Source: Erysipelothrix inopinata (GTDB lineage: Bacteria > Bacillota_I > Bacilli_A > Erysipelotrichales > Erysipelotrichaceae). Taken from it: DNA of 32,000 nt. The position numbers and the translations under genes were made by a program. The stretch is taken from assembly GCF_014396165.1 (NCBI RefSeq), contig NZ_CP060715.1:1950001-1982000 (forward strand), written 5' to 3'. The first letter of the stretch is position 1. The number at the start of each line of letters is the position of its first letter. Under the pieces are notes generated by a model. That model searched no databases. It was given only the letters and a program-made list of their open reading frames with translations, and was not told the DNA's origin. Of this stretch, positions 8,866-13,589 are shown piece by piece.

Positions 8866-9570
8866 TTACTTCTTGTTTTGCTTTGGAGAATATCGCCGCC
8901 CTTCTATTTCCTTCACTTTTTTTAATAGAATATTCTCACGTTCTTTCAGTTCAAGTTCTCTTTCGAGTTGTTTGATTTTACGTTCTAAACGTTCTTCATT
9001 ACTGAGTTGATCTTCTTGTTTTCGTTTGCCACGTTTATCAAGAAGCCCTTCATATCCTATCTCGTTATATTTTTGAACCCACTGGTAAACTTGAGCATAG
9101 GAAAGACCATAGAGCTCGGCGGTTCCCTTATAATCGTAGTCATGTTCAATACAATGTGCGACAATTTCTTGACGTTCTTCAATCGTTGTTTTTCTACCTT
9201 TTGTCATATAGACTTCTCCTTTAGGATCGTAATCCTTTATGGTTTCAAGTCTATTATACTTGTTTATCCATCCACGCAAAACCTCATCGGAACTTATATC
9301 GTATTTGATAATAATATCTGCGAGAGAACCTAGTCCTTCAAGGTAATCTTGAATAGCAGATTCCTTAAGTTCTTTCGAATAACTTTTATTTCGAGGTTTA
9401 TATGAGAATGCTTCAACACCGACGATTTGGTATTTTTTCACCCATCTACGCAATGTCCCAGGATTAATCGATAATTCTTGGGATATTTCCATTGCACCTT
9501 TTATGCCGTTCAAATATTCTTTAACTACTTGTTCTTTTATTTCCGCTGGATATTTATTCTTTCTACCCAT
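8866..9570 (-). CDS. IS3-family transposase OrfA (HTH domains plus leucine-zipper-like C-terminus)
   Basis: 234 aa with repeated HTH segments and a charged coiled coil (ERLERKIKQLERELELKEREN). RBS AAAGGAGGAG. Confidence 0.9.
   Translation of the reverse strand: MGRKNKYPAEIKEQVVKEYLNGIKGAMEISQELSINPGTLRRWVKKYQIVGVEAFSYKPRNKSYSKELKESAIQDYLEGLGSLADIIIKYDISSDEVLRGWINKYNRLETIKDYDPKGEVYMTKGRKTTIEERQEIVAHCIEHDYDYKGTAELYGLSYAQVYQWVQKYNEIGYEGLLDKRGKRKQEDQLSNEERLERKIKQLERELELKERENILLKKVKEIEGRRYSPKQNKK
8916..8923 (-). other. Programmed -1 ribosomal frameshift site A-AAA-AAG joining OrfA to OrfB
   Basis: The minus strand reads TTAAAAAAAGTG. Shifting -1 here gives ...KKSEGNRRAAIFSKAKQEVKYLAVQELHYKHGW, which runs into the OrfB frame. 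Confidence 0.75.
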
Positions 9571-9601
9571 AGAAAAAGCTCCTCCTTTTTGTAGTACCCG
9601 T

Positions 9602-9642
9602 TTTTATTTATTTCGGGTGTCTACTTTAAGGGGAGCTTATCA
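9602..9642. repeat. IS terminal inverted repeat (orfA-proximal end)
   Basis: The reverse complement reads TGATAAGCTCCCCTTAAAGTAGACACCCGAAATAAATAAAA. Confidence 0.8.
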
Positions 9643-9847
9643 GATTATAAGTTGCCTTTTTTCTTTTAAGGGAAAGATTAATTTATATATGATAAGGATT
9701 AATATGGGGTATGAATTCTTTAAGGAGAAGAGTTTATCATATGCGCAAGAGATGGGGTCCTCTTACAATGAATACTATACAACTTAATTATGGTAGAACA
9801 TTGCTCTCTTCGTGGTAGATTATGGGAACTCATCTCCCGAACTCCAG
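9643..9847. repeat. Structured tandem repeat unit U1 (its terminator hairpin is split by the IS; the first 14 nt are at 7811-7824)
   Basis: Joining 7811-7824 to 9646 onward restores AAAAAAGGCgattataagttGCCTTTTTT, which corresponds to the GGCC hairpins of the other units. The rest aligns with U2, U4 and U5. Confidence 0.85.
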
Positions 9848-10060
9848 AAAAAAAAGGCCATTATAGCGGCCTCAATTTTTTAGGGAAAGTTTATATGATA
9901 AGTTTCATATGGGGTATGAATCTTTTAGGAGAAGAGTTTATCATATGCGCAAGAGATGGGGTCCTCTTACAATGAATACTATACAACTTAATTATGGTAG
10001 AATATTGCTCTCTTAATGGTATATTGTGGGAATGATATAAATATTACAGTTTCACAATCT
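9848..10060. repeat. Structured tandem repeat unit U2
   Basis: A8-GGCC(9856-9859)-attatagc-GGCC(9868-9871)-TCAATTTTTT, then the conserved core. The last ~45 nt differ from U1/U4/U5. Confidence 0.9.
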
Positions 10061-10253
10061 AAAAAAGGCCCATTATTATAGAGGCCTTTATTTAGGGGAA
10101 AAATTATTTATATGATAAATATTCATAAGGGGCTATGAATATCTTTTTAGGAGAAGAGTTTATCATATGTGCAAGAGTCATATCCCTCTTACACTTAATA
10201 ATATACGCTTCTTGTGTGTAATTAATGCGATAAGAAAATGTTAGATTATGGGA
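10061..10253. repeat. Structured tandem repeat unit U3 (diverged copy that abuts the nucleotidyltransferase stop codon)
   Basis: AGGCC(10066-10070)...GGCCT(10083-10087) hairpin. Same stem architecture as the other units with compensatory changes. It ends TGTTAGATTATGGGA and overlaps the last 8 nt of CDS 10246-10791. Confidence 0.8.
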
Positions 10254-10791
10254 GTATCACTAATTCTTTCCATTTTTCTTCCCACTTCTTTGTTTTTACT
10301 CGTTTTAGGAATACTTCGTGCTTACCCGATCCAACTTTATACTCTGGTGTTGGCGAAATAACTAAATTTAATAAGTCTTCCACACCATGAGGTGCAATAA
10401 CTTCCACTTTCCCTTCACGGATTCGTGCTGCAATTGCAGTACATGTTTCTGGAAATGCACCAATTGCATCCTCCACTGATATGAACGGATCTCTGTATCC
10501 ATTATAGAGATGCATGTGACACTCATTTTTGACTTCCCAGTCGTATTGTGGATATTCGCTAAGAAATCTCTCTTGGATCTCTAATGTTTCTTCATAGCTA
10601 ACAGATGGATCAAAGAAAACGACATCGACATCAGAAATGATTTCAAATTGATGATGACACAGGGTATCCCAAATATAATTTCGTATTGTACCTGCACAGA
10701 GACACCCTTGCTTCAAATCAAATTTTTCAACGATACGAAGTATCGCCATAATCTCATCGTTATTTTCAATCAAACCAACAATTCTATCCAT
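10246..10791 (-). CDS. Nucleotidyltransferase family protein (Pol-beta fold, DUF925/NTP_transf_6-like), function unknown
   Basis: CAGTIRNYIWD...SDVDVVFFD fits the G[SG]-x(n)-DxD NTase motif. WEVKNECHMHLYN resembles the VKNQARMH signature I recall for the DUF925 family. RBS AGGAGG. Confidence 0.65.
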   Translation of the reverse strand: MDRIVGLIENNDEIMAILRIVEKFDLKQGCLCAGTIRNYIWDTLCHHQFEIISDVDVVFFDPSVSYEETLEIQERFLSEYPQYDWEVKNECHMHLYNGYRDPFISVEDAIGAFPETCTAIAARIREGKVEVIAPHGVEDLLNLVISPTPEYKVGSGKHEVFLKRVKTKKWEEKWKELVILP

Positions 10792-10811
10792 CGCAAATTC
10801 CTCCTGTCACA

Positions 10812-10840
10812 ATCTTAACTTTGCGAACAACTTAATGCAA
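10812..10840 (-). promoter_or_regulatory. Sigma-A-type promoter of the nucleotidyltransferase gene
   Basis: The minus strand reads TTGCAT-17 nt-TAAGAT, about 20 nt upstream of the AGGAGG RBS and directly downstream of the U4 terminator hairpin. Confidence 0.55.
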
Positions 10841-10843
10841 GCG

Positions 10844-11047
10844 AAAAAAAAGGCCATTATAGTGGCCTCAATTTTTAGGGAAAGTTTATATGATAAGAAT
10901 TCATATGGGGTATGAATCTTTTAGGAGAAGAGTTTATCATATGCGCAAGAGATGGGGTCCTCTTACAATGAATACTATACAACTTAATTATGGTAGAACA
11001 TTGCCCTCTTCGTGGTAGATTATGGGAACTCATCTCATGAACTCCAG
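10844..11047. repeat. Structured tandem repeat unit U4
   Basis: 204 bp. Differs from U5 at about 5 positions by eye. Confidence 0.9.
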
Positions 11048-11251
11048 AAAAAAAAGGCCATTATAGCGGCCTTAACTTTTAGGGAAAGTTTATATGATAA
11101 GAATTCATATGGGGTATGAATCTTTTAGGAGAAGAGTTTATCATATGCGCAAGAGATGGGGTCCTCTTACAATGAATACTATACAACTTAATTATGGTAG
11201 AACATTGCTCTCTTCGTGGTAGATTATGGGAACTCATCTCATGAACTCCAG
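11048..11251. repeat. Structured tandem repeat unit U5 (used here as the reference copy)
   Basis: Hairpin GGCC 11056-11059 / 11068-11071. Long stem ATATGATAA 11092-11100 / TTATCATAT 11138-11146. Inner hairpin TTCATA-tgggg-TATGAA 11104-11120. Hairpin AAGAG-atggggtc-CTCTT 11151-11168. TGGTAGA boxes at 11195 and 11217. Confidence 0.9.
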
Positions 11252-11434
11252 AAAAAAAAGGCCATTATAGCGGCCTCAATTTTTTAGGGAAAGTTTATAT
11301 GATAAGTTTCATATGGGGTATGAATCTTTTAGGAGAAGAGTTTATCATATTTATAAGAGGATCTGCCTCTTACATGTATAACTATACATAATTAATATGT
11401 TAGAACATCTTCGAATTAATGTTAGATTATGGGA
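11252..11434. repeat. Structured tandem repeat unit U6 (abuts the xerC stop codon; its first half matches U2, its second half is diverged)
   Basis: 11252-11350 reads identically to 9848-9946 by eye, then diverges. It ends TGTTAGATTATGGGA immediately before the xerC stop at 11435. Confidence 0.85.
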
Positions 11435-12316
11435 TTAATCAAGAGGTAGATTTTTCATGGCCTCATCATAAGCATCTTTAATTCTTTTCATACTTACATG
11501 CGTATAGATCTGAGTGGTGCTTAACGATTCATGTCCAAGTAGTTCTTGAACAATTCTCAAGCTTGCCCCATTATCTAGAAGATGTGTTGCAAAGCTATGC
11601 CTTAGCATATGAGGATGTACATTTATTTTTAATCCAGCTTTCTCTGATTGTTTTTCTAGAATATATTGAACTCCGCGCGTTGTCAAAGGTTTTCCTTGTC
11701 CATTCACAAAAACAAAATCTTCGCCTGTTTTAGAAAGTTTGGGACGAACAACATTCAGATAATTCATGAGTTTCGGATTCAAGGCGTCATAGTAGAACAA
11801 TATCCGCTCTTTATTCCCCTTACCGATAACTCTTACGACTCTCTCGCTAGTATCAATGTCTTTACACTTAAGATTGCATACTTCGCTTACACGAAGCCCA
11901 CAGGCGTACATAAGCTCAATTAAAATCTGATTACGAATTCCTAAATTAGAGTCATCACAACTTAATAGTAGTTTCTCGATTTCATCAAACATTAAAAACT
12001 GTGGCAACTTGCGACTTTGCTTCCGAATTTTAATATGAATAAATGGGTTTGCTAAAGCGCCATAATTTTGTTGCAAAAATTTATAAAAAGATCGCAGCGA
12101 GGAAATTTTACGGGCAACACTGGCTGATGACAATCCTGATTCATACAGTTCATTTAAATACGAGTATGCTAGTTTGTCATCGACTTCTAGAACATTATGC
12201 GAACCAATAAATTCTAAAAACTGAGACACATCTCGATAATAAGCATCGGCAGTATGTTCTGATGATGTATTGGTAATCGCAATATGTCTCATGAATTCTT
12301 TAAGATATTGTGTCAA
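11435..12316 (-). CDS. xerC: Tyrosine recombinase XerC (CodV-type); start probably TTG at 12316
   Basis: Catalytic region LRHSFATHLLDNGASLRIVQELLGHESLSTTQIYTHV (R..HxxR..Y). Sits after topA-trmFO as in Bacillus. The ORF-track ATG at 12400 would overlap trmFO by 100 nt, whereas the TTG (MTQYLKEF...) has AAGGAA upstream. Confidence 0.85.
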   Translation of the reverse strand: MTQYLKEFMRHIAITNTSSEHTADAYYRDVSQFLEFIGSHNVLEVDDKLAYSYLNELYESGLSSASVARKISSLRSFYKFLQQNYGALANPFIHIKIRKQSRKLPQFLMFDEIEKLLLSCDDSNLGIRNQILIELMYACGLRVSEVCNLKCKDIDTSERVVRVIGKGNKERILFYYDALNPKLMNYLNVVRPKLSKTGEDFVFVNGQGKPLTTRGVQYILEKQSEKAGLKINVHPHMLRHSFATHLLDNGASLRIVQELLGHESLSTTQIYTHVSMKRIKDAYDEAMKNLPLD

Positions 12317-13589
12317 TGAGTTCCTTAATATGAGTGATGCTTCTCTCAGCCATTTCTTCACGATCTTTGAGACGGTTCGCAATAAGCCCAAAGTTCGCAT
12401 TCATAGGTTGAAATTGGTGAGGATTCGCATTTGCAACATAATTCGCCATCGATCCCATCATTGTTTCTGATGATAACTCTATCAGTGGTTTCTCTTCAAG
12501 ATGTTGTATCATATTCAATGCTGCAAATAATCCACTTGCTGCCGATTCAACATATCCTTCAACACCACTAATTTGACCCGCAAAGAATAGATTGGAGTTT
12601 TTTAAAGTTTGGTAGTGACGATTTAATATTAACGGTGACTTGATAAATGTATTTCGATGCATAACACCATAACGTACGATTTCAACATTTTCAAGTCCTG
12701 GTATTAATTGAATAACTTTCTTTTGATCTCCCCATTTAAGTCGCGTTTGAAAACCGACGAGATTATAAAGTGATCCCGCTGCATTATCTTGTCTTAATTG
12801 TACAACGGCATATGGTTTTGAACCATTTGGTTTTTCTAAACCTACGGGTTTCAAAGGCCCAAATAACATTGTTTTCATACCGCGCTTGGCCATCACTTCC
12901 ACAGGCATACACCCTTCAAAAACATTAACATCCTCAAATTCACGCATAGGTGCTTCTTCTGATCGAAGGATTGCATCATAGAATGCGAAAAATTCATCTT
13001 TAGTCATAGGACAGTTAATGTAGTCTTGACCGTCACCTTTATCATAACGGGATTTACGGTAAGCAATATCAAAATTAATATTATCGACGGACACGATTGG
13101 CGCAATTGCATCATAAAAGTGAAGCTCAGATTGTCCAAGATAATTCATAAGATACTTTGAAAATGTATCAGAAGTTAAGGGTCCTGTTGCAACTATTGTA
13201 GGCATATTATCAAATTCAACGAATTCTTGGTTAACAAAAGTTATATTATCCATAGACTTCAATTGATTTGTGACACTCTCACTAAATCCGTCACGGTCTA
13301 CTGCAAGAGCACTACCTGCAGGCAACTGATGCAGATCTCCTTGTTTCATAATAATACTATCAAGAAGTCTCATTTCTTCTTTCAATAGTCCCACGGCATT
13401 CGTGATGTCATTGGATCGAAATGAATTTGAACATACAAGCTCAGCAAAATTTTCAGTAACATGCGCTGGTGTCATTTTGACAGAGCGCATTTCTACTAAT
13501 TCGACTTGATATCCTTTTTTAGCAAGTTGGTAGGCAGCCTCACTTCCAGCTAAACCAGCACCAATAACTCTAACTTGCTGTTTCTTCAT
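12300..13589 (-). CDS. trmFO: Methylenetetrahydrofolate--tRNA-(uracil54-C5)-methyltransferase TrmFO (Gid)
   Basis: VRVIGAGLAGSEAAYQLAKKG FAD-binding motif and full-length TrmFO-like sequence. Start taken at MKKQQVRV (13589) rather than 13619, which lies inside topA. Confidence 0.9.
   Translation of the reverse strand: MKKQQVRVIGAGLAGSEAAYQLAKKGYQVELVEMRSVKMTPAHVTENFAELVCSNSFRSNDITNAVGLLKEEMRLLDSIIMKQGDLHQLPAGSALAVDRDGFSESVTNQLKSMDNITFVNQEFVEFDNMPTIVATGPLTSDTFSKYLMNYLGQSELHFYDAIAPIVSVDNINFDIAYRKSRYDKGDGQDYINCPMTKDEFFAFYDAILRSEEAPMREFEDVNVFEGCMPVEVMAKRGMKTMLFGPLKPVGLEKPNGSKPYAVVQLRQDNAAGSLYNLVGFQTRLKWGDQKKVIQLIPGLENVEIVRYGVMHRNTFIKSPLILNRHYQTLKNSNLFFAGQISGVEGYVESAASGLFAALNMIQHLEEKPLIELSSETMMGSMANYVANANPHQFQPMNANFGLIANRLKDREEMAERSITHIKELIDTIS

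Larger units (their letters stand above)
7825..9642 (-). mobile_element. Intact IS3-family insertion sequence (orfA/orfB, -1 frameshift, imperfect terminal IRs, 3-bp TSD GAT)
   Basis: The ends read TGAACTGCTCCC... (7825) and ...GGGAGCTTATCA (9642). The ~41-bp terminal inverted repeats match at about 32/41 positions by eye and have the TG...CA termini of IS3 elements. GAT flanks both ends (7822-7824 and 9643-9645). Confidence 0.9.

Noticed and set aside
7825-9642. Possibility that the IS is a degraded relic
   Set aside because: Both ORFs are open, the frameshift heptamer and the -1 frame continuity are intact, both IRs are present and the 3-bp duplication is perfect. It is called intact instead.
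9503-9975. ORF-track plus-strand ORFs 9503-9787 (94 aa) and 9790-9975 (61 aa) across the IS end and repeat units U1/U2
   Set aside because: They run through an IS inverted repeat, terminator hairpins and the repeat core. The equivalent frames are broken by indels or stops in U3-U6, and there is no convincing RBS. I treat them as chance ORFs in repetitive DNA.
11145-11222. 25-aa plus-strand peptide MRKRWGPLTMNTIQLNYGRTLLSSW inside each unit, downstream of AGGAG
   Set aside because: The AGGAG-to-ATG spacing is 13 nt, which is too long. U6 lacks the ATG altogether and U2 truncates the peptide. The only conserved residues (PLT) coincide with the CTCTT stem arm, so the conservation is explained by nucleic-acid pairing.
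11079-11237. 52-aa basic minus-strand ORF (MSSHNLPRREQCST...) in U4/U5 with a well-spaced GGAG RBS
   Set aside because: In U1 it stops after 36 codons. U2 has no matching start. In U3 and U6 the region is replaced by the 3' ends of real genes. The 1-nt indel between unit variants shifts its frame. It is not conserved as coding sequence.
9643-11434. CRISPR array
   Set aside because: The repeats are ~200 bp and directly abutting, with no unique spacers. No cas genes are in the window.
10246-11434. Type III (ToxIN-like) toxin-antitoxin: tandem RNA repeats, then a terminator, then a toxin gene
   Set aside because: The gene order is superficially similar, but the units are ~200 nt instead of ~36 nt and each has its own terminator. 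The downstream gene has its own promoter, and it is an NTase rather than a ToxN/AbiQ-type endoribonuclease. I kept it only as a remote possibility under the NTase finding.
9643-12400. Integron-like cassette array (tyrosine recombinase next to repeat-flanked gene cassette)
   Set aside because: The recombinase is the housekeeping XerC in conserved topA-trmFO-xerC synteny. Its 3' end, not its 5' end or an attI site, faces the array. The units do not resemble attC sites, and only one of six units accompanies a gene.
12317-12400. Long N-terminal extension of xerC (ATG 12400); likewise the trmFO start at 13619
   Set aside because: These starts would overlap the upstream genes by 100 nt (trmFO) and 50 nt (topA). 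Internal starts (TTG 12316; ATG 13589) have RBS-like sequences and give family-typical N-termini.
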